64,000 bases of DNA from an uncultured delta proteobacterium (GTDB taxonomy: Bacteria > Desulfobacterota > Zymogenia > Zymogenales > Zymogenaceae), in the NCBI GenBank assembly GCA_963792965.1, contig CAWBYW010000035.1, positions 1 to 64,000 of the forward strand, written 5' to 3'. Positions 10,484 to 21,126 of this stretch are shown piece after piece; positions within the stretch are counted from its first letter, which is position 1; each line of letters opens with the position of its first letter. The notes under the pieces are model-generated. The model saw only the letters and a program-made list of their open reading frames with translations. It was not told the DNA's origin and did no database searches. The position numbers and the translations under genes are program-made.

Positions 10484-11788
10484 CTATTTCTTTCTTGATT
10501 TAACGCCCCGATCGGGGAGATTGACCTGTTTTGTCCGGCTCACGGCAAGCGTGTTGGGAGGGACATCCTTGGTGATGGTCGATCCGGCGCCGATGAGGGA
10601 GTATTCGCCCACGGAAACCGGGGCGATAAACTGGGTATCCGATCCGATGAAGACGCCGTCGCCGATCTCGGTAACGTGTTTACTCGCGCCGTCGTAGTTG
10701 CACGTGATAGTCCCCGCGCCCACGTTGACCTGTTTTCCGATCTTCGCGTCTCCAATATAGGTGAGGTGGTTTGCCTTGGAGCCGGCGTCGATGACAGATT
10801 TCTTGACCTCAACGAAGTTTCCGATCTTGACATCCTGCTTAAGCCGGGTCTTGGGCCTGAGGTGCGCGAAAGGCCCGATCTGAACCCGACGCCCTATGAC
10901 GCTGTCGGTAATGACCGAGCACATCTTGACGACCACTTCATCGGCGAGCTTTGAGCCGACGATCTTCACGTTCGGCTCGATAAGGCAGTTCTTCCCGATC
11001 TCGGTCTCCCCTTCGAGGTACGTATCGGGATAGAGGGTCGTGCCCTCGCCCACCCGTACCTGTGGATCAACATAGGTACGGCTCGGGTCGATGACCGTCA
11101 CACCGGCGTCCATCAAGCGCTCGACGATCGTGGCGCGGATCATCGCCAGCGCCTCGGAAAACTCCCTTGGGGAGCCGACATCCGTAAGGGCGTACACCTG
11201 CGTGGGAACAAAATCCTCCGCGCCGCCCTTTCGGGTGGCCTCCCGTTCGAGCAGGGAGAATAGTCGTTCTTCACAGGATTCGTCTGGACTCTCCCCCGTC
11301 TCGGTGATATCGCCAAGTAGCGAGACATCCGAGATGAAAAGGGCCGTCCTACCTTTCGGTTTTCCGGTAGTTCCCACCTTGGCCGCCTGATACGGAGTCT
11401 TCTTATCCCGATAGCGCCCGATCAGCTCCGTCAGCACTTCGGCCGACATGAACGGAAGCGTCGCCGAGACAAAGAGGATATCCCCTTCCCGTCCCGAAAA
11501 CATCTCCCTGATCTTAGAGACAAGCCCCGCTCCCTTTTGTTCCACGACGGCGGCGTCCCCGTGCCCGATCCGGGAAAGCTCCCGGCCCATGACGTCGCCC
11601 GCCCCGGAGATGACGGCGATCCCCGCCGGTTCCAGCGCCGTACAGGCATCAAGGACATAGGCGATCATGGGCCTTCCTTTGATCGGACTGAGGTAGGCCG
11701 GCGTCTTTCCGGCCGCGTCCCCGGACATTGTTGATGCCGGGATAACGATCCAGAGCCTCTCACCGGGCCTGCGGACTTTCGAGGACAT
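10484..11788 (-). CDS. glmU: GlmU homolog: intact glucosamine-1-phosphate acetyltransferase (left-handed beta-helix) domain, degenerate N-terminal uridyltransferase domain
   Basis: C-terminal [39 protein letters not shown]; immediately upstream of glmS. Start placed at ATG 11788. Confidence 0.88.
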   Translation of the reverse strand: MSSKVRRPGERLWIVIPASTMSGDAAGKTPAYLSPIKGRPMIAYVLDACTALEPAGIAVISGAGDVMGRELSRIGHGDAAVVEQKGAGLVSKIREMFSGREGDILFVSATLPFMSAEVLTELIGRYRDKKTPYQAAKVGTTGKPKGRTALFISDVSLLGDITETGESPDESCEERLFSLLEREATRKGGAEDFVPTQVYALTDVGSPREFSEALAMIRATIVERLMDAGVTVIDPSRTYVDPQVRVGEGTTLYPDTYLEGETEIGKNCLIEPNVKIVGSKLADEVVVKMCSVITDSVIGRRVQIGPFAHLRPKTRLKQDVKIGNFVEVKKSVIDAGSKANHLTYIGDAKIGKQVNVGAGTITCNYDGASKHVTEIGDGVFIGSDTQFIAPVSVGEYSLIGAGSTITKDVPPNTLAVSRTKQVNLPDRGVKSRKK

Positions 11789-12097
11789 TGGTCTGCTCAC
11801 AAAAAAATCGAGAGATCGGTGGCATTGCCGTAAGCGAGGCCGCCCAATCTCCCCACATGTTTTCCCTTTTTGAAAACGAGCCGCCGGCGCCCCCTCACCA
11901 GCAGCGGTCTCGCATAGCCTCACGGTAAGGGTCGCCGTAAGGACGTATCATACCCCCACCCCTCGGGTAAAGTCAAGCAACTTCTGTCGCGCGATCCGTG
12001 GGCGTCCAGCGGCCCATCCGGTGACTGCGCCCGATGATTTATCTTGAAAAACGGGAAGCATTGATAGATAATACAAAGAAATCTGACAGAGGGAACT

Positions 12098-12673
12098 ATG
12101 AAAAAGGATTTGGCCGCGCTACGGCGACTTTCTCTTTTCGCCCTGATTTTCTCGGCCTTTCTCGTGGGCTGCACCACCGCCGGGCCGAGATCGGACTCCA
12201 ATAAACTCTCCGATGCCTACTTCATCGAGGTCAGGGATCACGAAGATCCGACCGTCATGCAATGCTTCTTTGAGGTCAACGACGCCCTCAAGGCTAACGA
12301 CTACACGGCGGCCGTCGATGCGGCCACCAAGGGGATCGACGCAATCCCGAAATACCCCGAGCTCTTTTCGTACTTCTACGCTATGCGCGGATATTCCAAC
12401 ATCATGCTCTATAATCTCGAAAAGGGGCAAGAGGACATCAAGAACCTCGAAACGTACGACAAAAGGTCATCCATGATCCCGGGCCTCTGGACATACTACT
12501 ATTTCAGCTACGCCCCCTTCGACCCGAATCCCAAGGAATATTATCTCAAGGCAAAGCAGTGGCTCGCCGCCTGGCAGGCGGCGCGGCCCCGCAACACGTT
12601 CGAGCTTGTCTTCTCCGATCCCGCGCGTATCGCCGACATGGGCAAGATCATCGACGATGAGCTGAAGAAATAG
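12098..12673 (+). CDS. Putative lipoprotein with TPR-like helices
   Basis: Signal peptide ending in lipobox FLVG-C; TPR-like ANDYTAAVDAATKGI...YFYAMRG. Confidence 0.65.
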   Translation: MKKDLAALRRLSLFALIFSAFLVGCTTAGPRSDSNKLSDAYFIEVRDHEDPTVMQCFFEVNDALKANDYTAAVDAATKGIDAIPKYPELFSYFYAMRGYSNIMLYNLEKGQEDIKNLETYDKRSSMIPGLWTYYYFSYAPFDPNPKEYYLKAKQWLAAWQAARPRNTFELVFSDPARIADMGKIIDDELKK

Positions 12674-12728
12674 GGCGTGACCCACGACGTTCGAAAGAGA
12701 CGGACGGCCCCCGGCAGGAAAAAGACGA

Positions 12729-13448
12729 GTGAAGCACAAACCGATACCGACCGGTGCGAGTGACGACAACAAGCGCCTTCAGGTCATGATGCTGACAAGG
12801 AGCCTCTCCCTTTTCTTCGTGCTCGTGCTGACGCTATTCATTTCCGCGGGGCGACTGGACTACTGGCAGGGGTGGCTCTTCATCGCTATTTTGGCGGTCC
12901 TGTTGATTTCATCCCTGAGACAGTTCTCCGACAAGACGGATCTCGTGAGAGAACGGCTCAATCCTGGGCCGGGCACAAAGCCGTGGGACAAGGTCCTCAT
13001 GGCGCTCTATCTGCCCTTCGCTTTCGGCCTCTTGATTGTCGGGGGACTTGACGCGGGTCGTTTCGGATGGACGGGTACACTGCCGACGTGGATCTACCCG
13101 GTCTCAATCGTCGTCTACCTTGCGTCGTTTGGCTTCACGAGATGGGCGATGCGGATAAACCCATGGTTTTCAAGCGTCGTGCGCATTCAAACGGACAGGG
13201 ATCAAATGGTCGTCCGTGACGGGCCGTACCGCCTTGTCAGACATCCGGGGTATCTCGGAATGATCCTGAGCTTCATGAGTGTTCCCCTGGTTCTCGGCTC
13301 GCTGTGGGCGCTCGTGCCCGCGGCCGCCGTCACGCTCGTTTTGATCGTCCGCACCTGCCTCGAGGATCGAGCTCTGCGAGAGGAGCTGCCGGGGTATGCG
13401 GACTATGCCGCGCACGTTCGATATCGGCTCCTGCCCGGCGTCTGGTAG
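12729..13448 (+). CDS. Isoprenylcysteine carboxyl methyltransferase (ICMT/Ste14) family membrane protein
   Basis: Multiple TM segments; NPWFSSVVRIQ, VVRDGPYRLVRHPGY, EDRAL, YAAHVRYRLLPGVW. Confidence 0.88.
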   Translation: MKHKPIPTGASDDNKRLQVMMLTRSLSLFFVLVLTLFISAGRLDYWQGWLFIAILAVLLISSLRQFSDKTDLVRERLNPGPGTKPWDKVLMALYLPFAFGLLIVGGLDAGRFGWTGTLPTWIYPVSIVVYLASFGFTRWAMRINPWFSSVVRIQTDRDQMVVRDGPYRLVRHPGYLGMILSFMSVPLVLGSLWALVPAAAVTLVLIVRTCLEDRALREELPGYADYAAHVRYRLLPGVW

Positions 13449-13462
13449 GGAGCACGGGACGC

Positions 13463-14236
13463 TCAGGGAGACGAGCGAGCCTGCCGGTGCGTCAATAACC
13501 TCACGATATCTCGCCCCGCGTTCCGGCCGACGATCTCGCTCCTACGCTCGTCGACCGCTCGCTTGAGGTGCCTGATCACCCTCCTCTTGTCGTCAAAGAA
13601 AGAGACGCCCGCCGCAAGCTCCGAAAAGAGCGCGCTACGGCTGTCTGCCTCGTCCCCATATTCCTCGATTTCACGCGCCGCGTCAAGAAACCTCCCCGCC
13701 TTCTTCAGGAGGGCCGATAGGTTCAGGACTATCGTAAAGTCGTCCCCGAAGAGCTCCTTTGCCCGGTAGAGGGTCACGAGCGTCTGCTCATCGCTGCCCA
13801 TGAGGAAGTGGAGGTAGGCAAGGTTGATATAGGAGGTAACAAGCGGCATAGAGTCCATCGCGAGCCGGTTCAGTACATCGTACGCCTCGATGAACTCCCC
13901 CTCCTCCATGTAGGTGAGGGCGAGCCGGGAGAGCAGGAGCGATGAAATCGCGTAGGTATGATACTTCCTGACGAGGTCCCTGAGAGACCCGTGGGCCGGG
14001 ACACCCTGGAGAAAGACGGCAAACTCGACGAGCGCCCGCTCCTTTCGGGCCACGATCGTTCGGTATGCCTCGGCGATCCGGTGGAATCGGGCGATTGCAT
14101 GTGGGGCCGCGGACGATCGGTCGGGGTGCCACCGCTTGGCAAGCCTCCGGTAGGCGGCCTTGACATCATTGAGGTCCGCGCCCGGCTTGAGGCCAAGGAC
14201 TCGATAGTGCCGCTCAACGCCGCGGTTTGGGCTCAT
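13463..14236 (-). CDS. J-domain (DnaJ-type) protein with TPR-like C-terminus
   Basis: HYRVLGL...VKAAYRRLAKRWHPDR...FHRIAEAY with HPD motif. Confidence 0.8.
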   Translation of the reverse strand: MSPNRGVERHYRVLGLKPGADLNDVKAAYRRLAKRWHPDRSSAAPHAIARFHRIAEAYRTIVARKERALVEFAVFLQGVPAHGSLRDLVRKYHTYAISSLLLSRLALTYMEEGEFIEAYDVLNRLAMDSMPLVTSYINLAYLHFLMGSDEQTLVTLYRAKELFGDDFTIVLNLSALLKKAGRFLDAAREIEEYGDEADSRSALFSELAAGVSFFDDKRRVIRHLKRAVDERRSEIVGRNAGRDIVRLLTHRQARSSP

Positions 14237-14355
14237 GAGTTGTCCCGCACGTAGTCTGTTACGCTTTTTTTATATTCTACACCCATTTGAAGAGAGAATA
14301 AAGTGCCGAGTTCATCATCGGCGCAAGGGTAACCAAGCTTGTGGGAGCGACCTCT

Positions 14356-14387
14356 AAAAGAAGACGGACAACCGTGCGGTTGTCCGT
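14356..14387 (-). terminator. Rho-independent terminator downstream of ald
   Basis: Long stem ACGGACAACCG/CGGTTGTCCGT followed by CTTCTTTT on the minus strand. Confidence 0.7.
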
Positions 14388-14419
14388 GTCACTCTCCGAG
14401 ATAAGTTTTCCTGAGCACT

Positions 14420-15517
14420 TTACAGCTCGCAGTAGGTCTCGCTGCACGCCTCGGCCACACCCCGGTGGACCACCTTCCCTTGGTGGATGTTCACCCCGCG
14501 TTTGAGCGAGGGGTTGTCCGCGATTGCCCCGTCAAACCCCTTGTCGGCAAGCTCCAGCACGTACGTGATCGTCACGCCCGTGAGGGCAAAGGTGGACGTC
14601 CTCGGCACGGCGCCGGGCATGTTGGCGACCGCATAGTGGACGACCCCCTCCTCCACAAAGAACGGCTCGTCGTGTGTCGTGGGCCGGGAGGTCTCGGAGA
14701 TCCCCCCCTGGTCGATGGCGAGGTCCACGATGACGCTGCCGGGCTTCATCTTCTTCACATCGTCCCGTGAGATAAGGTGCGGCGTCCTGGCGCCGGGGAT
14801 GAGGATCGCCCCGACGACAACGTCGGCCCGCGTCACGTACTCATCGACGCTGGCCTTGTTGCTCATGACGGTGACCGCCTTGCCTTTCAGCATATCGCTG
14901 GCGTATTTCAGCCTCGTTGCCGAAATATCCAGGAGGAAGACCTCGGTGCCGATGCCGGCCGCCACGAATGCGGCGTTGAAGCCGGCAATCCCGGCGCCGA
15001 GGACGGCAACGGTGGCGGCGGGCACACCCGAGACGCCGGAAAGGAGGACGCCCCTCCCGCCGCTGATCTTCTCCAGGCCGTAGGCCCCCATCTGGATCGA
15101 GAGCCGCCCACAGACCTCGCTCATGGGGGCAAGTAACGGGAGGTAGCCGTCGCCGGTCTGGACGGTCTCGTAGGCGATGGCGCTCACGGAGTTTTTAAGC
15201 AGCGTGGTGGTCAGCTCCTTGTTTGCGGCCAGGTGCAAGTAGGAAAATATCATATGGCCCGAGATAGAGCCGATCTCGGCCCCCTCCGGCTCCCTGACCT
15301 TGAGGATGAACTCGGCCCCCTCCCACACCGCCTTGTTGGACGCGACGATCTTCGCGCCCGCCTTTTTATAATCGCCGTCCTCTATCCCGCTCTTGCTACC
15401 CGCGTCCTTTTCGATGAGGACCTCATGGCCGTGGCCGACCAGCGCGGCGACACCGGCCGGCGTTACCGCTACCCGGAACTCGTCCTTTTTTATCTCTTTT
15501 GGAACGCCTATCTTCAT
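14420..15517 (-). CDS. ald: Alanine dehydrogenase
   Basis: MKIGVPKEIK, YLHLAA, LLAPMSEV, GRGVLLSGVSGV, GAGIAG, DLAIDQGG, YAVANMPGAVPRTST. Confidence 0.93.
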   Translation of the reverse strand: MKIGVPKEIKKDEFRVAVTPAGVAALVGHGHEVLIEKDAGSKSGIEDGDYKKAGAKIVASNKAVWEGAEFILKVREPEGAEIGSISGHMIFSYLHLAANKELTTTLLKNSVSAIAYETVQTGDGYLPLLAPMSEVCGRLSIQMGAYGLEKISGGRGVLLSGVSGVPAATVAVLGAGIAGFNAAFVAAGIGTEVFLLDISATRLKYASDMLKGKAVTVMSNKASVDEYVTRADVVVGAILIPGARTPHLISRDDVKKMKPGSVIVDLAIDQGGISETSRPTTHDEPFFVEEGVVHYAVANMPGAVPRTSTFALTGVTITYVLELADKGFDGAIADNPSLKRGVNIHQGKVVHRGVAEACSETYCEL

Positions 15518-15725
15518 GATAGCTCCCCCCTATTAATCGAATAACCGATTGACGGTGTCACAGCCCCCTGCGAGGAGAAATTCAAATAGGTCTTATGAAG
15601 CCTTCCGTGTGACGTACGGTCTACCCGCGGACCATCCAATAGATCGAAAAGCCCGCCCTCAGGCCGCCAACAGTATCCCCACGCACGTCTTCCCTGCTCC
15701 ACGTATAGCGCGCAGTCGCCGGACC

Positions 15726-16512
15726 CTATTTCCCCGTGAACTTCGGCGGCCGTTTTTCGATGAACGACATGACCCCCTCTCTCGCGTCGTCCGTGGTGAC
15801 GGCGATCCCCTGAAACGCGCTCTCGAATTCGAGCACGGTCTGCATATCGACATCAAAGGAGCGGTTGAGCATCTTCTTGATCATGCCAAGCGAGCGCGTG
15901 GGGCCGGCGGCAAGTCTTCCCGCCAGCGCCATCGCCTCGTCCATCAGCTTATCTTTGGGGAAGACCCGGTGGATGAGCCCGAGCTCGAGGGCCTTTTCGG
16001 ACATGATATCCTCACCGAAGAACATGATCTCCTTGGCCTTGGCCAGTCCCACGATCCGGGGCAGGAGGAAGCATCCCCCGGCGTCCGGGACGAGTCCGCG
16101 CCTGACGAAGACCTCTATGAGCTTGATCCCCTCGCGCCGCAACGATGATATCGCCGCCGAGCGCGATGTTGACCCCCGCGCCGGCGGCGGTTCCGTTGAT
16201 CGCGTTGACGATGGGCTTCTCGCAGTTGGCCATCGAAAAAAAGACCCTGCCGTAGAGGTGGGCCGAAAGCTTCATCCCCATGGCCGTGGTCATGTCGGTG
16301 CGCCCCGCCCCGCTGACGAGGTCGGCGCCGGTGCAAAACGCCCGGCCGTTTCCCGTCAGCACGACCGCGCGGATCGAGTCGTCCTGCTCGGCGTCCTGGA
16401 AATAGGAAATGAGCCCCTTGATCATGCCAAAGGTAAGTGCATTCATGTTATCGGGGCGATTGAGGGTAACGATCCCCACGGCGTCTTTCTTGTCAAACAG
16501 CAGTTCGGACAT
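15726..16512 (-). CDS. Enoyl-CoA hydratase/isomerase (crotonase superfamily, PaaG-like); frameshift near 16135
   Basis: LNRPDNMNAL, GRAFCTGADL, AINGTAAGAG continue in another frame as EVFVRRGLVPDAGG...EKRPPKFTGK. Confidence 0.88.
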
Positions 16513-16631
16513 ATCGGCTCCTTATTCGAAAAAGAAGGGTCTGTTTCCAGGACGTCCCGATCGACGGCTATGCTGGGCCGCCCGGGATTTGCGCGCGTAT
16601 GACGACCGGGGAGACGGGATGCTCCCTCCGT

Positions 16632-17874
16632 CTATTTCTCCAGGATCCTGAGCGCCGAAAGCGCCGCGTTATAGCAAAAGAGCCGGTGTTCGGGTATCGG
16701 CGTCCATCCCCTGCCGTCGCTTCCCTGGGACAGCAGGAGGTACTTTTCCACCATCTCACGGTCCTTCTTGCCGAGAGTGGGACCCACGCGATAATAGAGG
16801 TCCCTCACCTCCCGGACGAAATCGTTGAGGCGCTTGTTGTCGGGATCGGCGTCCCAGAGGGCGAAGTCGTCATCGGAGCTCCAGCTGCCCGACCTCAGGT
16901 AGAGGCTCTGAAGACCCTCCACGTTGGTCTTCTTGAGGTATTCGGAGGGAAGGGTAAAGGTCATATGGGGGTTCTGGTGGATATATTCGAGGAGGCCCTG
17001 CAGCCGCGAGACCGGGATCGGCTGGTCCAGGACGTTGCCCCGGTAGCCGTAAAACTCAAAGTCGCCGGATAAGGGGAAGAAGAAGCCCCCGAGGTGCCCG
17101 ACGGTTTTATCGAGCATCGCATAGAGCCGCTTTTCCTTCATGATGGCCATCCGGCCGAGGCACGAAAGGGTGTAGGTGTTCCACTCCTGGAAACTCCGGA
17201 AGGCGACGATCGACACGGCGCCGGCCCCGTTCCAGACGATCGGGGAAAGATCGGTGAGCGACGTGAGCGATTTCTTCATTTTCCTCAAGCAGGAGCAGCT
17301 GGCCGATCGGACCCTTCTGCGGCGCGTCCGGCGATCTCCTTGAAGAGCGACCGGGGCGCGCGGCTTAAAATCGTTGGCGACGTTGAGCCATCCGCCGGTC
17401 GTATAGCGGAGCAGGCCGTTTTCCACGAAGCACCACCGGTAGCCGTTCTCGGTCAGAAGGAGCGGCATGAGCGGATCGATGGAGAGCTCCGGCGGGAAAA
17501 ACCCCACGGGCCGGATGCCAAGGACGCGCTCGGCGGTTTCGAGGTAGCGCTTGAGGTCCCGCCGCGTCTCCTCGACGGTCATCAGGGGGAGAATCGCGTG
17601 CGCCCAGCTGGTGCCGGTCATCTCCACCTGTTTCCTCTTGATGAGCGTCTTGAGCAGCTCCACCACCTCAGGGTACTCGTCCGTATTCGGGAAAAGCTCC
17701 GTCGAGCACGTCGAGGGTAAAACCCGTGAAGTTCAGGACGATCCTGTAGGCCGGATTTTTTTCGAGCATTTCCAATACCGGCAGGTAGCTCTTATCGACC
17801 ACGTTCGGAATTTCCGAGAAAGGGAATTCGGCATACAGGAGGTTGGCATGGAGGAGCAGCGTTGTGTCTACCAT
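16632..17874 (-). CDS. Glycoside hydrolase family 57, Thermococcales-type alpha-galactosidase-like; frameshift near 17670 and a locally garbled stretch near 17290-17350
   Basis: HANLLYAE..SEIP.VV.KSY.PV (17668-17874) joins TSWAHAILPL, GFFPPEL, SGDFEFYGY, LYLRSGSW, SDGRGW.PIPE.RL. Confidence 0.8.
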
Positions 17875-18069
17875 TAGTTACTCTCCAGTGTGGTTATTTT
17901 TGTCAGCTTAACCTTAATATATTTTGATCTCTCTGTCAAGAGAGAGGAACGGCCGTTTTCCGCCGCGCCCGGATGTGTCGTGCCGCCGTGAGCCCCTGCG
18001 GCCGTAAAACGAGGCGCCGGAGGATATCCGCGGCACGGCGTCCGATGAGGACACGGGACACGTTGGCCC

Positions 18070-18865
18070 CTATTTTCCCGTGAATTTCGGTTTACGTTTC
18101 TCCAGGAACGCCGCGACGCCCTCTTTGAAATCCTCCGACATGATCGAGAGGATGAACTGGTCGGTATCCATGTGCGAGACAACCCGATCCAGGGCCGTCG
18201 AGATCGCGTTGACCGTCTGCTTGGTCATCGTCACCTGTACCGGGGGCTTGGCCGAGACGATCTCGGCGATCTTCTTTGCCGCTGAGCAGCGCCTGGCCGT
18301 CGGGGGATATCCGCTGGGCGAATCCCCACTCGAAGGCGTCCTTTGACGGCACCCGGTCGGCGAAGATGACGATCTCCTTGGCCCTAGCGGGGCCCACGAG
18401 GTGAACGAGCCTCGGCAGCGTCGTCCAGGCCATGTTCATGCCGAGGCCTATCTCCGGCACGCGGATGAAGGACGATTCGGCCATGACCCGAAAATCGAGC
18501 GAGGCCGCCAGCGCGACCCCGCCGCCGACGCAAAAACCCTCGATCGCGGCGATGGTGAATTGATCGAGCTCCTCCCATGCCCGGCACATGCGTGGGCCGT
18601 ACTCCATCGCCTTCCTCTTTTCTACGAGGCCTGCGCCGAAGAGCTCAAATAGTCTTGGGTCGGAGAGGTCAACGCCCGGGGAGAAGTAGGAATCCCCGCC
18701 GGCCAGTATCACCGTGATAAGGTCGGAGCGCTTCTTCAGATCCTCGGCCATCAACACCAGCTCCTCGATGAGGCCGATCGAGAGCGCGTTTTTCTTATCC
18801 GGCCGATCGATCCTCACCACGGCCGTCCTGTTTTCCGCCTCTAAGGTAAGAAATTGATAATTCAT
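18070..18865 (-). CDS. Enoyl-CoA hydratase/isomerase family protein; frameshift near 18287
   Basis: DRPDKKNALS, FSPGVDL, AIEGFCVGGG, VPEIGLG; the C-terminal frame ends ...FLEKRKPKFTGK*. GGAG RBS precedes ATG 18865. Confidence 0.85.
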
Positions 18866-18899
18866 GGATAACTCCATAACCGGCATGACCTTTGCCCGG

Positions 18900-18928
18900 A
18901 TTATTTCATACGGGCCCTTTCATGTCAA
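18900..18928 (-). promoter_or_regulatory. Sigma70-type promoter of the crotonase gene
   Basis: TTGACA-N17-AATAAT with extended TG; nearly identical to the etfB promoter. Confidence 0.6.
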
Positions 18929-19100
18929 GGACGTAAGGGCTCCCCTCTCATAAATGCGGCGAGGCCACCTCACCACACCGGGCGATGGCCGCGTGCCCGC
19001 ACACGGTCCGATAAAAAGGAGTGAAAGCTATTTTTGGTTTTGTGATTCATCGCGGATTTGATATAATGGTTATTTATTGCACCGATGTGGATCGAAAACA

Positions 19101-20972
19101 ATGAGCCCCCAGAAGAAAAAGACAATCCCGAGTGACCTTCTGATCTCGCAGTCGGCCGACATTTCGCCGATCAGAGAGGTCGCGCACGATGCGGGAATTG
19201 AAAACCAATACCTCCATCTCTACGGAGAATATAAGGCAAAGGTCCTCCCCGGCATTCTCAATGCCGTCAAAGATAGGCCGAACGGTAAATACATCGTCGT
19301 CACTTCCATCAACCCGACTCCCCTCGGAGAAGGGAAGACCATTACCACGATAGGGCTCGCCCAGAGCCTGAAATCCCTCGGAAAGCCCGTCTTCACCTGC
19401 ATCAGGCAGCCCTCCATGGGCCCGACCTTTGGGATCAAGGGGGGGGCCGCGGGGGGTGGATACGCCCAGGTCGTCCCGATGGAGGAGGTCAACCTTCACC
19501 TTACGGGCGACATCCATGCCGTGGGGATTGCCCATAACCTGATGGCCGCCGCTATCGACGCTCGCAGGCTCCATGAGTCCAGGAGAAACGGACTCGAGCT
19601 CTTTGATATCCTCGTCAAGGACGGGAGGTTTACCACGTCCCAAAAAAGGCGGCTGATCAAGCTCGGCATCGACCCAAAGAATATCCCCGCCGACCTCACC
19701 GACGAAGAGAAGGAGCACTTCGCCGTTCTCGACATTGATGATCACAACATCCTCTGGCGGCGGGTGGTGGACGTGAGCGACTCATCGCTGCGCAACGTCG
19801 TAACGGGCTTAGGCGGCCCGACCGACGGGCTGACCCGGCAGAACGGCTTTGATATCACCGTGGCCTCCGAGATCATGGCGGCCCTTGCCCTGGCCACCGA
19901 CCTCAAGGACCTCAGGGAGCGGATCGGACGGATGATCTTTGCGATCGGCAGAAGGAGAGAGGCGCTCACCGCCGAGGACCTTGGCGTCGCCGGCGCAATG
20001 ACGGTGCTGCTGAAAGACGCGATCAACCCTAATCTTATGCAGACGCTTGAAAAAAGTCCGGTCTTCGTCCACACCGGTCCCTTTGCAAACATCGCCCACG
20101 GCAACTCGTCCATCGTTGCCGACCGTATTGCCCTCAAGTTGGCGTCGGGGGGATACGTGATCACGGAGGCGGGCTTCGGGGCCGAATGCGGTCTGGAAAA
20201 GTTCGTCAACATCAAGTGCCGGGTCTCGGGACTCTCGCCCGACTGTATCGTGATCGTCGTGACGGTACGCGCCCTCAAAATGCACGGCGGAGGACCGAAC
20301 GTTTCCCCCGGTAAGCCGCTCGACGGCGCCTATCAGACCGAAAACCGGGCCCTCGTAAAAGCCGGGCTGAGTAACCTCATCTTCCATATCAAGAACTCCC
20401 TCAAATTCGGCGTCCCGGTGGTGGTGGCGGTCAACCGGTTTTTGGCCGACACCGATGCCGAGATCGACCTGATCAAAGACGCGGCGGTCTCCGCTGGTGC
20501 ACAGGGCGCCTACGTCAGCGAGGTCTGGGAAAAGGGCGCGCGAGGCGGCCTCGAGCTTGCCCGGGGCGTGATGGAGGCCTGCGAGAGGGAGAAGGATTTC
20601 CGTTTCCTCTACTCCCTCGACCTCCCCGTCGAGGAGAAGATACGCACGATCGCCACGGAATTTTACAACGCCGAGGATATCGAGCTCTTCCCCGACGCGG
20701 TCAAAAAGATAAAGCTCATCAGGGAATTCGGGCTGGAGGGCCTCCCCATCTGCATGGCCAAGACGCACCTTTCCATCTCTCACGACCCGACGATCAAGGG
20801 GGTGCCAGAGAACTATTTGCTCCCGATCGAGGATATCCGGATATCGGCGGGTGCGGGCTTCATCTACCCCCTGTGCGGGGAGATGAGGACGATGCCGGGG
20901 CTGCCCTCGCGGCCGGCCTTCATGGACGTCGATCTCGACCCGATGACCGGCAGGATCTGCGGGCTCTTTTAG
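19101..20972 (+). CDS. fhs: Formate--tetrahydrofolate ligase (long form with eukaryote-like insertion)
   Basis: PTPLGEGKT, RQPSMGPTFGIKGGAAGGGYAQV, GFDITVASE, GPFANIAHGNSS, TEAGFG, CMAKTHLS, TMPGL. Confidence 0.97.
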   Translation: MSPQKKKTIPSDLLISQSADISPIREVAHDAGIENQYLHLYGEYKAKVLPGILNAVKDRPNGKYIVVTSINPTPLGEGKTITTIGLAQSLKSLGKPVFTCIRQPSMGPTFGIKGGAAGGGYAQVVPMEEVNLHLTGDIHAVGIAHNLMAAAIDARRLHESRRNGLELFDILVKDGRFTTSQKRRLIKLGIDPKNIPADLTDEEKEHFAVLDIDDHNILWRRVVDVSDSSLRNVVTGLGGPTDGLTRQNGFDITVASEIMAALALATDLKDLRERIGRMIFAIGRRREALTAEDLGVAGAMTVLLKDAINPNLMQTLEKSPVFVHTGPFANIAHGNSSIVADRIALKLASGGYVITEAGFGAECGLEKFVNIKCRVSGLSPDCIVIVVTVRALKMHGGGPNVSPGKPLDGAYQTENRALVKAGLSNLIFHIKNSLKFGVPVVVAVNRFLADTDAEIDLIKDAAVSAGAQGAYVSEVWEKGARGGLELARGVMEACEREKDFRFLYSLDLPVEEKIRTIATEFYNAEDIELFPDAVKKIKLIREFGLEGLPICMAKTHLSISHDPTIKGVPENYLLPIEDIRISAGAGFIYPLCGEMRTMPGLPSRPAFMDVDLDPMTGRICGLF

Positions 20973-21126
20973 CTGCCCGCGTAGACCTGCCGGTATCCAT
21001 GGGGACCCCGCACGAGGAAAGAGGGAGACTGCGCAACGACCGAAAGCTCCGAAAAGTTCGGGGCTGTCTGCGTTCACGTACACGCACAAGAGCCGGCAAT
21101 ACTCGCCGTTAATTGCGGGGATCACG

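Noticed and set aside
10470-12097. glmS ribozyme upstream of glmS/glmU
   Set aside because: glmS is only 14 nt from glmU, and I found no AGCGCC-type ribozyme core upstream of glmU.
18930-21126. THF/ZTP riboswitch before fhs or NiCo riboswitch before cooT
   Set aside because: No recognisable conserved cores in either intergenic region.
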